A stretch of DNA of 64,000 nt from an uncultured Chloroflexia bacterium (GCA_963748675.1 CAVVJX010000009.1:336054-400053); one strand, 5' to 3'; counted from the stretch's first letter, positions 17,312-29,582 are shown. The notes: generated by a model from the letters alone, not told the origin. Numbers and translations are program-made.

Positions 17312-18583
17312 ATGCCTGACGACAAGGAGGCGCCCTCCGCGCCGAGCCTGCTGCGCACGGTCGGCCTGCTTCCCGACGGCCCGTTGCCGTGGGGGCGCCC
17401 GATACCCGGCCGTTCCCCGGGCGTCTTCCTGGTGGAACTCCCGGCACCCCTGCCGACGGCCCCGATCGAGCTCACCCGCGTCGGGAAGTGGCTGGAGCAC
17501 GTGCCCGGGCTGCTGCTCGACGGCGCCCGCCCGACGTCGCGTGCCCTGTCGGCACGGCTCGCGTCCTTCTGGCTGCCGTCCCAGACCGTGCTCTATGTCG
17601 GTGCGACCGCCGCCACGATCAGCGGTCGGCTGGCGGCCATGGGGCGGACGACGCTCGGAGACCGCCGCCCGTACGCGGGTGGCCACTGGCTCATGACCCT
17701 GCGAGCGCTGCCGTCGGCGCGGGTGTGGTGGGCCGCGACCGAGGCCGTGGAGGAATACGAGGACGCGCTGCTCGCGGCCTTCGCCGACTCGGTCGGTGCC
17801 GGCGAGCGCGCCGGTCTGCGAGATTCCGACGTCGTCCTGCCGTTCGCCAACCTGCGGCGTCCCACCGGTGAGCGCAAGGCGAGCGGCCTCTCGGGGTCGC
17901 TCCTGCCCGAACCGGTCGAACCGGCAGCGCCGCCGACCCGAGTCGTGGTGCTGCCGGACGGCGACGCGGAAGGAGCCCGGGGTGAGCCACCCGAACCACG
18001 GCGCCGCGCGCCGCGAGCCACGCCGTCGCCCGCGCCGACATCGTCGCGGGCCGGAGGCGGTGGGAGCCCCTCGTCGCCCGGAACGGCGCGTCCTCCAGAG
18101 GTGCCCCCCACGGCCACGCCCGGCGGTCCGGCCGCGACCCTGACCGCCGAGGGCGCCGACCGCCTGCGGGCGGAGCTGGCGGAGCTGACCGGGGTGAAGC
18201 GGCCCGAGGTCATCGCCCGGATCCGGGCGGCCAAGGAGCTCGGCGATCTCAAGGAGAACGCCGACTACAGCTCCGCGCGCGAGGAGCAGTCGTTCCTGGA
18301 AGGCCGCGTCCAGGCGATCGAGGCGCAGTTGCGCACGGCGGTCATCGCCGTGGCGCCGACCGCGGGCGCCGGCGCGGACCTGGGCTCCCGGGTCGTGGTC
18401 GAGATCGACGGCACCAGCGACACGTACACGCTGGTGGGCACGGCGGAGGCGGATCCGTCGTCAGGTCGGCTGTCGGTGGCATCGCCGGTCGGGCGGGCGC
18501 TCCTGGGCGCGGTCGCGGGCGACGAGGTCGCTGTCAAGACGCCGCGGGGCGCGGTCACGTACCGGGTCGTGTCGGTCGAATAG
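17312..18583 (+). CDS. greA: GreA transcript-cleavage factor with a roughly 200-aa GIY-YIG-like N-terminal extension and a Pro-rich linker
   Basis: The C-terminal 155 aa are canonical GreA (LTAEGADRLRAELAELTG...LGDLKENADYSSAREEQSFLEGRV...). The N-terminal part carries GVFLV and VLYVGATAATISGRL motifs plus EEYEDALL and LPFAN. All of it is in one frame. The first 225 codons of ORF 16637..18583 are antisense to the hydrolase gene and were discarded. Confidence 0.6.
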   Translation: MPDDKEAPSAPSLLRTVGLLPDGPLPWGRPIPGRSPGVFLVELPAPLPTAPIELTRVGKWLEHVPGLLLDGARPTSRALSARLASFWLPSQTVLYVGATAATISGRLAAMGRTTLGDRRPYAGGHWLMTLRALPSARVWWAATEAVEEYEDALLAAFADSVGAGERAGLRDSDVVLPFANLRRPTGERKASGLSGSLLPEPVEPAAPPTRVVVLPDGDAEGARGEPPEPRRRAPRATPSPAPTSSRAGGGGSPSSPGTARPPEVPPTATPGGPAATLTAEGADRLRAELAELTGVKRPEVIARIRAAKELGDLKENADYSSAREEQSFLEGRVQAIEAQLRTAVIAVAPTAGAGADLGSRVVVEIDGTSDTYTLVGTAEADPSSGRLSVASPVGRALLGAVAGDEVAVKTPRGAVTYRVVSVE

Positions 18584-18584
18584 G

Positions 18585-18606
18585 CCCGGTCGCGACTCCG
18601 ACCGGG
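18585..18606. terminator. Hairpin CCCGGTCG-cgactc-CGACCGGG in a convergent spacer
   Basis: 8-bp stem with no T-tract. It lies between the greA stop and the response-regulator stop. Confidence 0.3.
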
Positions 18607-18614
18607 GGCCCGGG

Positions 18615-19281
18615 TCAGGCCTCTGGGGCGTCGACGAGCTTGTGCTCCACCGCGTAGAGCGCCGCCTGCGTCCGTGACGCGAGGCCGAGCTTGCCCAGGA
18701 TGTTCGAGACGTACGTGCGAGCCGTGCGCTCCGTGATGAACAGGGTCGCGCCGATGTCCTTGTTGGACATCCCCTGCCCCAGCAGGCGAAGCACGTCCTT
18801 CTCGCGCTCGGTCAGCGGCTCGGCCAGCTCGTCCTTGGGGGACTTGCGGTCACGCATGCGCTGGGCGAGCAGGCGAGCCACGGCCGGGTCGAGGTGGACT
18901 TCGCCCGCGTAGGCGGCGCGCACGGCCGCGGCGACCTCCTCGGCCTCCGCGTCCTTGAGCACGTAGCCCGACGCGCCGGCCTCGAGGGCCGAGGTGACCT
19001 TCTCCTCCTCGATGAAGGAGGTCATGGTCACGATCTCGATCTCGGGGTGCTCGGCCTTGATCCGGCCGATCGCCGTGACGCCGTCCATGTTCGGCATCAG
19101 CAGGTCCATCAGCACGACATCGGGCTCGAGGCGGCGGGCCATCGGCCACGCCCTCGGAGCCGTCGGCGGCTTCGCCGACGACCTCGATGTCCGGCTGGAG
19201 GTCGAGGAACACCTTGAGGCCCGTCCGGACGACCGCGTGGTCGTCGACGATGAGCACGCGGATGGGGGCGTCGTCGGTCAC
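18615..19281 (-). pseudogene. NarL/LuxR-family response regulator with one frame break near 19140-19150 as assembled
   Basis: REC start [38 protein letters not shown] (ORF 18850..19350) continues as [21 protein letters not shown]... plus a LuxR HTH (ORF 18615..19142). GTG19281 follows AGGAG. Confidence 0.8.
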
Positions 19282-19360
19282 ATCGGCTCCTGGCGCACTC
19301 GCGCCGCTGGTGTCTGGCTGGGTCGTCGGGGACAGCGTCGAGTCTAGCAAAGCGGTCTCC

Positions 19361-19762
19361 TCAGGCGTCGGCAGGCCGGCCGGCCGCGAGGATCGCGGCG
19401 ATCAGCTCGGCGGGTCGGAAGGTCTTGCGGACGAAGCCGTGGGCGCCGCCGTCGAGGGCCGGGCGCTCGAGCGCATCGGACCAGCTCATGGCGAGGATGC
19501 GCGTGTCCGGACAGCACTCCCGGAGCCCGGCGATGAAGCTCAGGCCACCATCGACCTCGGGCAGGCGCGGGTCGACGATCACGACGTCGGGCCGATGCTC
19601 GGTCGCCAGGGCGAGCGCCGTTCCCGGCTGGCCGGAGCTGCCGACGACGCGCACCCGCTCGCCGATGGCGAGCAACCCGGTCAGGCTCTCACGCACCCGG
19701 TCGTCGGCGTCGACGACGAGGATGCGCAGCGGCGCATCGGACCGGGCGTGAGCGGGGGGCAT
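19361..19762 (-). CDS. Stand-alone receiver (REC) domain response regulator
   Basis: [16 protein letters not shown]...[14 protein letters not shown]...KTF pattern. Confidence 0.75.
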   Translation of the reverse strand: MPPAHARSDAPLRILVVDADDRVRESLTGLLAIGERVRVVGSSGQPGTALALATEHRPDVVIVDPRLPEVDGGLSFIAGLRECCPDTRILAMSWSDALERPALDGGAHGFVRKTFRPAELIAAILAAGRPADA

Positions 19763-19903
19763 GGCGCAGATGGTGCGGCCGCGGGCCCGGCGAGCGAAAG
19801 CGACCTTCGACCGAGCGGCCCTCGGCGGAACGACCGGTCCCGGCTACGTCATCCGTCGCGGATCGACGTGGTACCCGCTGGTGGAGTGGCGCGTCCCGCG
19901 GCG

Positions 19904-22900
19904 TCACCGGCCGATGCCGCCGCCTGCAGGTCGGCGAGCGACGTCCGGACCGAGCGTCACCTCGATCTCGGCCCCGGATCCCGGCTCGCTCACACACGTG
20001 AACGTGCCGCCGACCCGTTCGGTCCGGGCCCGCATCCCCGCGAGCCCCAGGTGGCCGTCGGGAACGGTCGCAGGATCGAATCCCTTGCCGTCGTCCTTCA
20101 CCCGCAGTCGAACGCCGCCCTCGTGCCGGCGGATGTCGACCCGCACCTGCCGGGCGGCCGCGTGCTTGACGACGTTGTGGAGCGCCTCCTGGGCGATGCG
20201 GTACAGGACCTCCTCGGCCGCCAGCGGCAGTCGTTCCTCCAGGTCGCTCTCGACGACGACCGGCAGGCCGAGCCGGCCCTGGAGCGCGGCGCTGTGGGTC
20301 TTCACGCGCGCGGACCAGGCCGTCCTGCTCCAGGTTGCCGGGCCGAAGCTCGAAGATCAGCGCGCGCATCTCGGCGAGCGCCTCGCGCTGGAGCTCGCGC
20401 AGCTGGGCCAGGTGCGTCCGCGCGGTGTCCGGGTCCGTCTCCAGCAGCATCTCGACGGAGCGCGCCACGAGCGTCATCGAGAACAGCGCCTGGGTGACCG
20501 AGTCGTGCAGTTCGCGCGCGAGGTGGGCCCGTTCCTCGCCGGCGGCCAGCTCCCCGGCCTGGCGGCGCAGCTCGCGCTCCAGGCGGACCTGGTCGCTCAC
20601 GTCGCGGGCGGCGCCCTGGATGCCCGCGAACGCTCCGTCGACCCAGACGCCGACCGCGCGGACGTCGACCGGGGTCCGGCGGCCATCGCGACCGCGCAGG
20701 ACCTGGGCGGCCTGGACCTCCTGGTCCGGGTCGTCGAGAGCGCCTCCCAGCGGCCGCCCTCGACCTGGAGCTCTTCCGACTCGACGATCGTCCCGAAGTG
20801 CTTCCCGATGAGCTCGGTCGCGGGATAGCCGGTCAGCCGCTCGATGGCCGCCGAGATGAACGTGAAGTTCCCCTCGACGTTCGTGGCGAACACGACGTCC
20901 GGCGAGTTCTGGACGAGGAACCGGTAGCGCTCCTCCGACCGGATGAGCTCGCGCTCGAGCCGCTCGCGCTCCGACACGTCGCGTGCCACGCCGTTGATGC
21001 CGACCAGCTCGCCGTCCTCGACCTTGCCGACGACGTTGACCTCGAGCTGGACGGGTTCCCCTGACCCGTCGAGGAAATCCACCCGCGCCGAATGGACCTG
21101 CTCGGGATCGGCAAGGACGGCCTGATAACTCGCGGCGGCGGCCGCTTCGAAGCCCGGGGCGACGTATTCCATGAACGAGCGACCGAGGGCGGCGGTCCGG
21201 TCCCAGCCGAGCGTCGTCTGGGCTCGGTCCGACAGGAACGTGTACCGGCCCTCCGCGTCCGTGGCGAAGACGAGGTCCGGCGACGACGACGCCAGGGTCC
21301 GGTAGCGGTCCTCGGACGCGCGCAGCTCGCGCTCGAGTCGATCGCGCTCGCGCATGTCGCGGACGGATCCGTTCGCGCCCGCGAAGGTGCCGTCGGGGGC
21401 GAGGGAGGCGACGGCGATGAACTCCGCCGGGACCGGCGACCCGTCGCGGTGCTGAAGGTTGATCCGCCCGCGGACCTCCTGGGACGGCGCGTTCATCGCG
21501 GCCGTCCAGTCGATCTCGGCGACGTCTCGCGACGACGGATGGACGATGGCGCCGAAATGCTCGCCCAGCAGCTCGTCCGGGTCGGAAGCCGGTCAGCCGC
21601 TCCACGGCGTCCGACAGGAACGTGATGCGCGCGTCCGGTCCGATGGACCAGACGAGGTCCGGTGCGTTCTGGACGAGGAACCGGTAGCGCTCTTCCGACT
21701 CGCGCAGCTCGCGCTCGAGCCGCTCCCGCTCGCTGACGTCCCTGACGGTGCCCTGGGCGCCGAGCCACTGACCGTCCTCGAAGACGCCCGTGGTCGTGAC
21801 CTCGGCGGCGAACCTCGACCCGTCGCGGCGGACCAGGATCAGCGGCACGCGCTCGACGAGGCCGGGGTTCGCGCCGACGGCGGCGAACGCCTCGAGCGCG
21901 ACCGGCATCGTCGACGCTTCGGTCAGGAACTCGAAGTGCTTCCCGATGATCTCATCGATCGGCCAGCCGAAGAGGGCCTCGCCCGAGTCGGCCATGAAGG
22001 TGAAGATCCCGTTCCCATCCGCGTGCCAGATGACGTCCGGGGTCGTCTGGACCAGTCCCCGGAAGCGCGCCTCCTCCCGGGTCAGGCGGGCGAGGAGGTT
22101 CGAGTTCGTCAGCGCGATCGCCGCCTGGTCGGCCAGGCCCTGGAGGAGGTCGAGGTCGTCGGCCTCGAACGTGCGCGGCTCCGCGGTCGAGATGGCGAGC
22201 GTGCCGATGACGTCGCCGCCGGGCGCGCGCAGCGGCGTCGACGCCATGCCACGCAGGCCCAGCCGCTCGGCCGTGAAGTCGTCGTCCGGCTCGTGCGGGA
22301 TGCGCGGATCGGCCAGGTAGTCGAACGTCCAGACCGGCGTGCCCTCCTGCGCGGCGAGGCCGTTGATCCCGGCGCCGAGGGGGAACCGCTTGCTCATCAG
22401 CCACTCGCGCGTGGCGTCGTCGCTGGCGCCCGTCACCACGACCGGGATGAGGTACGTGCCGGTCGGGCCCATCCGGGTCAGGTGCGCGCCATCCGTCGCG
22501 AGCAGGCGCTTCGCGTCCTCGACGACCCGCTCGAGCACCTCATCGGGATCCGTCAGGGCCGCGATCCGGGCCGTGATGTCCCGGAGCGACCGTTCGGTCT
22601 CGGCCCGGCGCGCGAGGGCCACCTTGGACCGCTCCAGCTCGTCGATCAGCCTCGCGTTGGTGATCGCGATGGCCGCCTGCTCGGCCAGGCTTCCGAGCAC
22701 GGCCGCGTCGAGGTCGTCGAACGCGTTCGGGCGACGGCTCAGCACCTCGATGGCGCCGAGCGGTCCCGCCTCGCCGATGATCGGCGCCGCGATCAGGTCG
22801 CGGACACCGGCCCGCTCGACGAGCGAATCGGCCAGGGCGTCGTGGTGGAAATCTCCGGCAAGGTAGTCGCCGGCGTGGATGACCCGGGCCTCGGCCACGG

Positions 22901-25364
22901 CCTTGCCCGAGACGCCCTCGCCCAGGCGCAGGTTGGTCATCTTGACCGCCTCGCGCTGGTCGGCTTCGAGCCCGGCGTCGTAGGCCCACTGGAGCGTGCC
23001 GCTCTCGGGGTCGTACTGGTCGATGAGGCCGCCGTCGGCGCGCAACAGCCGCCGCGCCTCGTCGACGACGTGCTGCAGGACCTCGTCCGGTTCGCGCAGG
23101 GCCGTGATCCGCGCCGCGATCTGACGCAGGCTGGCCTCGGCCTCCGCGCGACGCTCGATGTCCTGGCGGGAACGAGCGAGCTGCTCCATGAGGTTCGCGT
23201 TGGTGATCGCGATCGACGCGTGCGTCGCGAGGGCGGTCAGCAGCTCGACCTCGGTCGCGCTGTAGGCGCCGGGCTCGCGAGACACGACCGACAGCACGCC
23301 GAGCGGTGCGTCGCCCTCACCGGTCAACGGCACGCCGATCACGGCGCGGATCCCGGCCTTGCGCACGAACGCCTCGATCTCGGGCGTCGTCTCGAACCGG
23401 TCGTCGGCCAGGTAGTCCTGGGTCATGATCGGCTTCTGCTCGGCGAAGGCGAGGCCGGCGACGGCCTGGCGCGGCTTGAGTCCGCCGGTCCGCCCCCACT
23501 CGGGCACCTCGGACATCGCATCGCCGGACGCGTAGGCCCAGCGCAGCGCGCCCAGGTCCTCGTCCCACAGGTCGATCCGCGCACCGTCGGAGCCGAGGAG
23601 GCGTGCGGATTCGGCGACGATCCTGGTCAGGACCGTGTCGGGATCGAGGATCGATGACACGCGGACAGCGATCTCGCGCAGCGTCCGCTCGGCGTCGGCG
23701 CGCTGGGCGTTCTCCTCGCGCGACCGCTCGAGCTCGTCGATAAGCCGGGCGTTGGTGATGGCGATGGCCGCTTGGCCGGCGAGCGCCCGGATGAGCCCGG
23801 CGTCCTCGTCGTCGAACGCGTCCGGCACGACCGCGTAGACCTCGATGACGCCGAGCGGGCCGTGCTCGCCGGTGATGGGTGACGCGATCATCGATCGGAA
23901 CCCGGTGCGCTCGTAGAACTGCGTCGATTCGGGGCTCGGTGGGAACTGCGCCACGAGGTCGTCGCCCGCGATGACCACCCGGTCCTCGGCGACGGCCATC
24001 CCGGTGGCACCCTCCCCGACCGAGATCCACAGCTTCGAACGCTCCTCGTCGGAGAAGAGCCGGCGCAGGCCGTCGTCGTACGCCCAGCGCAGCCTGTCCG
24101 TACCGGGCTCGAGGATGTCCAGGATCGCCCCCTGCCCGCCGACCAGGCGGCTCGCGAGCTCGACGACCTGCTGGAGGATCTCGGCCGGATCTCGCATCGC
24201 GGTGATGCGCGCGGCGATCTCGCGCAGGGCCTGTTCCGCCCCCGCCCGCCGGGCCAGCGCGCCGCGCGACCGGTCGAGCTCTTCGAGGAGCTGGGTCCGC
24301 GTGATGGCGACCGCGGCCTGCGCGGCGATCGACTCGAGCAGACCGGCATCCGCGTCGCGCCACGCGTCCGGGCGCGTGGAGAAGATCGACAAGGCGCCGA
24401 AGGGGCCCGCCTCGCCGACCAGGGGCGCGGCCATGACCGAGTGGATGCCGAATTCCGCCACGTACGCATCGCCGCCGGTCCCGTGCGGGAAGCCGTCGTC
24501 GGCGGCGTAGTCGCCCGTCCAGACAGGGCGCGCATGGATCACCGCCTGGCCGGCGATGCCCTGCTCGGGCGTCTCGTCGGGGTCCACGTACCGCGCCTCG
24601 TCGTCCGGCTTGACCTCGCCCGAGGCGTACGCCCAACGCAGCAGCCCCGAGTCCGCATCGACGAGGTCGATCCGCGAGCCGTCGGCGTCCAACAGGCGGG
24701 CCGCCTCGTCGACGGCGAGCTGCAGCACGCTCGAGAGGTCGGCCGCGGCGGATATCCGGGCGTTGATCTCGCGCAGGGTGCGCTCGACCTCGGCCCGCTG
24801 GGCGAGCTCCGCTCGGGATCGATCGAGATCCTCGATCAGGCGCGTGTTCGCCATCGCGGCGGCGGCATGGTCGGCCAGGGCACGAACGAGGGCGATCTGC
24901 GCCTGGTCGAAGGCATCCGTGCGGGTGGAGAACGTGCCCATCGCCCCGAACATCTGGTCGCCCGATGCAAGCGGCGCCACGACCATCGAGCGGATGCCGA
25001 TGTCCTCGACGACGCGGTCGGTCTGGGCGGCATGGCGGAACGAGGGGTCGTTCTGGTAGTCATTCGTGACCACCACGGCACGCTCGACCAGCGCTCGCCC
25101 GAACATCCCGGTCCCGGGCGCCAGCTCCAGGCCGCGGACCCATTCGCGGCTGCGCTCGCTGCGGATGCCCGCGTCGTGGGCGAAGCGCAGGTTCCCGGTG
25201 GCCGGGTCGATGAGGTAGACCATCGCACCGTCGGCATCGAGGAGCCGGGCGGCCTCTTCCACGGCGACCGACAGCAGCTCGTGGATCCCGCCCGCCCCGC
25301 CGTCGGGGTCGGTCGGGGTCGTGCCGGGCTGGATCGGACCGGGTGGTCGGGTGGGGGCGGTCAT
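19904..25364 (-). pseudogene. Giant sensor histidine kinase (6 GAF + 4 PAS + HisKA_3 + HATPase_c, about 1820 aa) with at least 3 frame breaks as assembled
   Basis: Six GAF units are joined by conserved L(I/L)xELxRSR...LREIxxRI linkers, followed by four PAS units (RYRFLVQN...). HisKA_3 HLARELHDSVTQ and the HATPase (ORF 19904..20305) follow. Breaks are at about 21577 (extra g in cccggac), about 20738 and about 20306-20312. The pieces lie in ORFs 19689..25364, 20597..21496 and 19904..20305. Confidence 0.8.
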
Positions 25365-25371
25365 CGGCGCG

Positions 25372-25377
25372 AGGATA
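25372..25377 (-). promoter_or_regulatory. -10-like TATCCT, 7 nt upstream of ATG25364 (leaderless-type)
   Basis: The minus strand reads TATCCT-cgcgccg-ATG. Confidence 0.4.
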
Positions 25378-25594
25378 CGACGGGTCCGCCACGAGCGGGC
25401 ATCGCCGTTCGGCCGATGCGGCTACGTCATCCGGCCGAGACGAGGGTCGACCCGCGACGACGGAGCGGCGGGGGCGAGTGTCCGGGTCGGCTGGTGTCCC
25501 TTGTCGGGCGCGTCCGGCGCATGCCCGCCCGGACGATACCGGCACGACACGGCACCCCTGACCGGTCACCAACGTAGCGAGGTCCTGACCCCCG

Positions 25595-26020
25595 ATGTTC
25601 GCTTCCCGAACGCAGCTCCGCACCTCCGACGTCGTCATCCGCGCCGCCATCGTCGGCCTGGCCCTGGCGACCGGTTACATCCACTCCACCCTGGGCGGAC
25701 TCCTGTTCACGCTGAACGCGATCGGCTACTTCGTCGCCGCGGTCGCGATGATCATTCCGCTCGCCCTCGCCGTCCGGTTCCGCTGGGTCGTGCGTCTCGG
25801 CCTTATCGGCTACGCTTTGACGACCATCCTCGGCTGGGCGATCCAGGGCCCGTACTACCAGACGGCCTACATCGCCAAGGCCATCGAAGTCGCCCTGATC
25901 GTCCTGGTCGCCGTCGACTTCGCCCGGATGGACGGCAACCCGATCGCCGTGGTCAAGCGCGAGATGGCGTCCTTCGCCAGCCTCGTCACCGGCCGCCGCG
26001 CGGAAGGTGCCGGCGCCTAG
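25595..26020 (+). CDS. Four-TM integral membrane protein (family not recognised)
   Basis: 141-aa ORF with four hydrophobic helices. Confidence 0.5.
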   Translation: MFASRTQLRTSDVVIRAAIVGLALATGYIHSTLGGLLFTLNAIGYFVAAVAMIIPLALAVRFRWVVRLGLIGYALTTILGWAIQGPYYQTAYIAKAIEVALIVLVAVDFARMDGNPIAVVKREMASFASLVTGRRAEGAGA

Positions 26021-26079
26021 TTCCCAAAGCGCGGCCGGGAGAGATCCCGGCCGCGCATCCGACGAAGGAGTCCGATCCG

Positions 26080-26478
26080 ATGAAGCGCCTCGTCCTGGGC
26101 ATGGGCCTCGTGGCCCTCGCCGTCATCAGCGCCGCCTGTTCCAGTGGATCCGGGGCCTCGGCTTCCGCCCCGGCCGCCTCCGCGCCGGCCGCCTCCGCCC
26201 CCACGGGTGATGCGATCGTCGTGGTTGCCAAGGATCTCAAGTTCTCGACGGCGTCGATCGCGGCACCCGCAGACGAGGCGTTCCAGATCGTCCTCGACAA
26301 CCAGGAGTCTGCGCCCCACAACATCGCCATCAAGGACGCCGCCGGCGCCGAGAAGTTCAAGGGCGAGATCGTGACCTCCGCGAAGATCACATACGACGTC
26401 CCGGCCCTGGCCGCCGGCGCCTATGAGTTCTGGTGCGAACTCCATCCGGACATGAAGGGCACACTCACCGCAGGGTAA
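26080..26478 (+). CDS. Cupredoxin (plastocyanin/azurin-like blue copper) lipoprotein
   Basis: GAAGGAG SD. Lipobox LAVISAAC. Type-1 Cu ligands: H in SAPHNIAI, and C, H and M in FWCELHPDMKG. Confidence 0.75.
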   Translation: MKRLVLGMGLVALAVISAACSSGSGASASAPAASAPAASAPTGDAIVVVAKDLKFSTASIAAPADEAFQIVLDNQESAPHNIAIKDAAGAEKFKGEIVTSAKITYDVPALAAGAYEFWCELHPDMKGTLTAG

Positions 26479-26498
26479 TCTCGCTCTCGCTCCGATCC

Positions 26499-26536
26499 GG
26501 ACCCCGGCCTGCTGCACAGGCCGGGGTCCTTCCATT
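26499..26536 (+). terminator. Rho-independent-type terminator GGACCCCGGCC-tgctgcaca-GGCCGGGGTCC followed by TTCCATT
   Basis: 11-bp perfect stem, 21 nt after the cupredoxin stop. Confidence 0.6.
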
Positions 26537-26553
26537 GAGTCCGTACCATGCCC

Positions 26554-26582
26554 TTGACAGAGTGTAGTAGTACTGCTACATT
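26554..26582 (+). promoter_or_regulatory. Sigma-70-type promoter TTGACA-N17-TACATT with an embedded 16-bp near-palindrome GTAGTAGTACTGCTAC (26564-26579)
   Basis: Consensus -35 at exact 17-bp spacing. It lies upstream of the DUF2975-like/XRE/ABC operon, and the palindrome is a candidate XRE operator. Confidence 0.55.
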
Positions 26583-26616
26583 CCAAATCGATGGCACTAC
26601 GTACTGGAGCGAAAGC

Positions 26617-27117
26617 ATGATGGCGACAACGCTCAGCATGGGAGACCGGATCCGCACATTCCCGCGACGCACGCGACGACTGCTCGTCCTGGAGTCCTTC
26701 CTGGGATACCCGCTGCTGGTCGCGGGCTACACCTTCCTCGTCCTGACCGACCGGGTGTCGGTGGCGTTGTGGGCGCCCGTCGCCATCGCGCTGATGGCTT
26801 TGTCGCTCATCGGCGTGGCGATGATCTACCAGTGGGCACGGCCACGTACCGAACCAGCGGCACGACTCGACGAGCGCCAGCGGGCGATGCTCGATCGGGC
26901 ACACGTGATCGCCTACGGCGTCCTCGGGACTGTCGTCATCGTGCTTTCAGGGGCCCTGGCGCTCGTCGCAGCCTTCGATGGCCCGATCGTAGTCACGATG
27001 GAAGGTCTGACACCGTTTCTCATCGCCCTGGGCCTGTACCTGCCGATCCTGCCTTCTGCCATCCTGGCCTGGACCGAACGCGACCCGGTGACGGACGACC
27101 TCGAGGCGGGGCGCTGA
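26617..27117 (+). CDS. DUF2975-like multi-TM membrane protein
   Basis: Start at ATG26617 after GGAG. Four TM helices. It is followed directly by a YozG-type HTH gene, which is the usual pairing. Confidence 0.5.
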   Translation: MMATTLSMGDRIRTFPRRTRRLLVLESFLGYPLLVAGYTFLVLTDRVSVALWAPVAIALMALSLIGVAMIYQWARPRTEPAARLDERQRAMLDRAHVIAYGVLGTVVIVLSGALALVAAFDGPIVVTMEGLTPFLIALGLYLPILPSAILAWTERDPVTDDLEAGR

Positions 27118-27119
27118 TC

Positions 27120-27419
27120 ATGGCCGCTGCGGCCACGGGGCGCAGTCAGGACCGGGATGGCGTCTTCAACCGGTTGCCGATGCTCCGGGCGGATCGCGGC
27201 ATCTCGCGGAACGAACTGGCGGAGGCGCTCGGCATCCACTACCAGACGATCGGCTATATCGAGCGGGGTGAGTATGCTCCCAGCCTGACGCTTGCCCTGC
27301 GGCTCGCGCGCTACTTCGACCTTCCGGTCGAGGCGGTCTTCGGGCTCGAACCGTTCGGACAGCTCCGCGCCGACGCACTCCTGGCACGCTCCAGCAGCGC
27401 CGCACCAGACCACGACTGA
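27120..27419 (+). CDS. XRE-family (YozG-like) helix-turn-helix transcriptional regulator
   Basis: NRLPMLRADRGISRNELAEALGIHYQTIGYIERGEYAPSLTLALRLARYFDLPVEAVF. Confidence 0.8.
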   Translation: MAAAATGRSQDRDGVFNRLPMLRADRGISRNELAEALGIHYQTIGYIERGEYAPSLTLALRLARYFDLPVEAVFGLEPFGQLRADALLARSSSAAPDHD

Positions 27420-27432
27420 GGGGGAACCCACC

Positions 27433-28349
<917 letters not shown>

Positions 28350-28353
<4 letters not shown>

Positions 28354-29546
28354 GTCGCTGGCGAAGCGTCTGGCTCGTCGCCAAACGCGAGATCATCGAG
28401 CGCGGTCGAAGTCGCGGCTTCGTCCTGTCGGTCGCATTCACCACTGTGCTCGTGGTGGGGTCGTTCGTCGTTCCGGCGTTGCTGTTCGGCGACGATGACG
28501 CGACGAAGATCGGGGTCGTCCAGCCGGAGCCGCCCGGCCTGACCCTGGCCATCACGACGACCGCCGGCCAACTCGACCGGGATGTCGAGATCGTGCCGCT
28601 CGCGGACGAGGCTGCGGCAGACGCGGCCCTGGCCGACGAATCAGTCGAGGGCGTCGCCATCGTTCCGGCCGACCTGTCCGCGCCTGGCGAGGTCCGTTTC
28701 GACAAGGAGCCGGACCAGTTCGTGACCCAGCTCGTGACGGCCTCGGTGGTCGCGCTGCGGACGCAGGCGGTGCTGACCGAGGCGGGCGTCGCCCCGGCGG
28801 CCCTCCTGGCCGCGCAGCAGGCACCCACCGTGGATTCACTGGACCCGCAGACCGACGCGGACGATGCGAAATTCCTGTTCGCGAACATCGGCGCCGTGCT
28901 GATCCTCGTGGGCATCTTCAGCTTCGGCTTCACGGTGCTCACCGGGGTCGTGGAGGAGAAGCAGAGCCGGGTCGTGGAGGTCGTCCTCTCGACCGTTCGT
29001 CCACGCGACCTCCTCATGGGCAAGGTCCTGGGCATCGGCGTCCTGGGCCTCGTCCAGCTGGGCGTGTTCGTCGCGGCGGCGTTGGCGGCGGCGGTCCTGA
29101 CGGATCGCTTCACGCTGCCCGCCACATCGCTGTCCGCGATCCTGCTGCTGACGGTGTGGTTCGTGCTCGGCTATGCGCTCTACTCGACCGCGCTGGGCTT
29201 CCTCGGCGCCCTGGCGTCGCGCATGGAAGAGGCATCGAACGCCTCGACGCCGGTCACGATGATCGCGATGATCAGCTACTTCGTCGCCATCTTCGCCGTC
29301 ATCAACGACCCGTCCGGACCCGTCGCCCAGATCGCGACCTACCTGCCCCCGTCGGCGCCGTTCGTCGTGCCGTTGCGGGCGGCGTTCGACGCGATCGGGC
29401 CGATCGAGATCATGATCTCGATCGCGATCACCGTGGCCGGGATCTGGATCCTGTTCAACGTCGGCGCGCGGGTGTACGCGGGTGCGGTGCTCCAGACGGC
29501 GGGCCGGATGAAGATCCGCGACGCGTGGCGGTCTGCCGGGGAGTGA
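28350..29546 (+). CDS. ABC-2 family transporter permease (NatB-like)
   Basis: ATGA overlap with the ATPase gene. N-terminal TM helix, a large extracytoplasmic loop, and five C-terminal TM helices. Confidence 0.75.
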
Positions 29547-29582
29547 CGGGCTCGCCGGCTCACGGTCCCGGGAGCGTCGGCG

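Noticed and set aside
19689-25364. Taking the 1891-aa ORF as an intact protein
   Set aside because: After ...ITFLSDAVERLTGFRP the translation becomes Arg-rich nonsense. The real PAS, HisKA_3 and HATPase sequences continue in two other frames, so the ORF length results from missing stops in a wrong frame.
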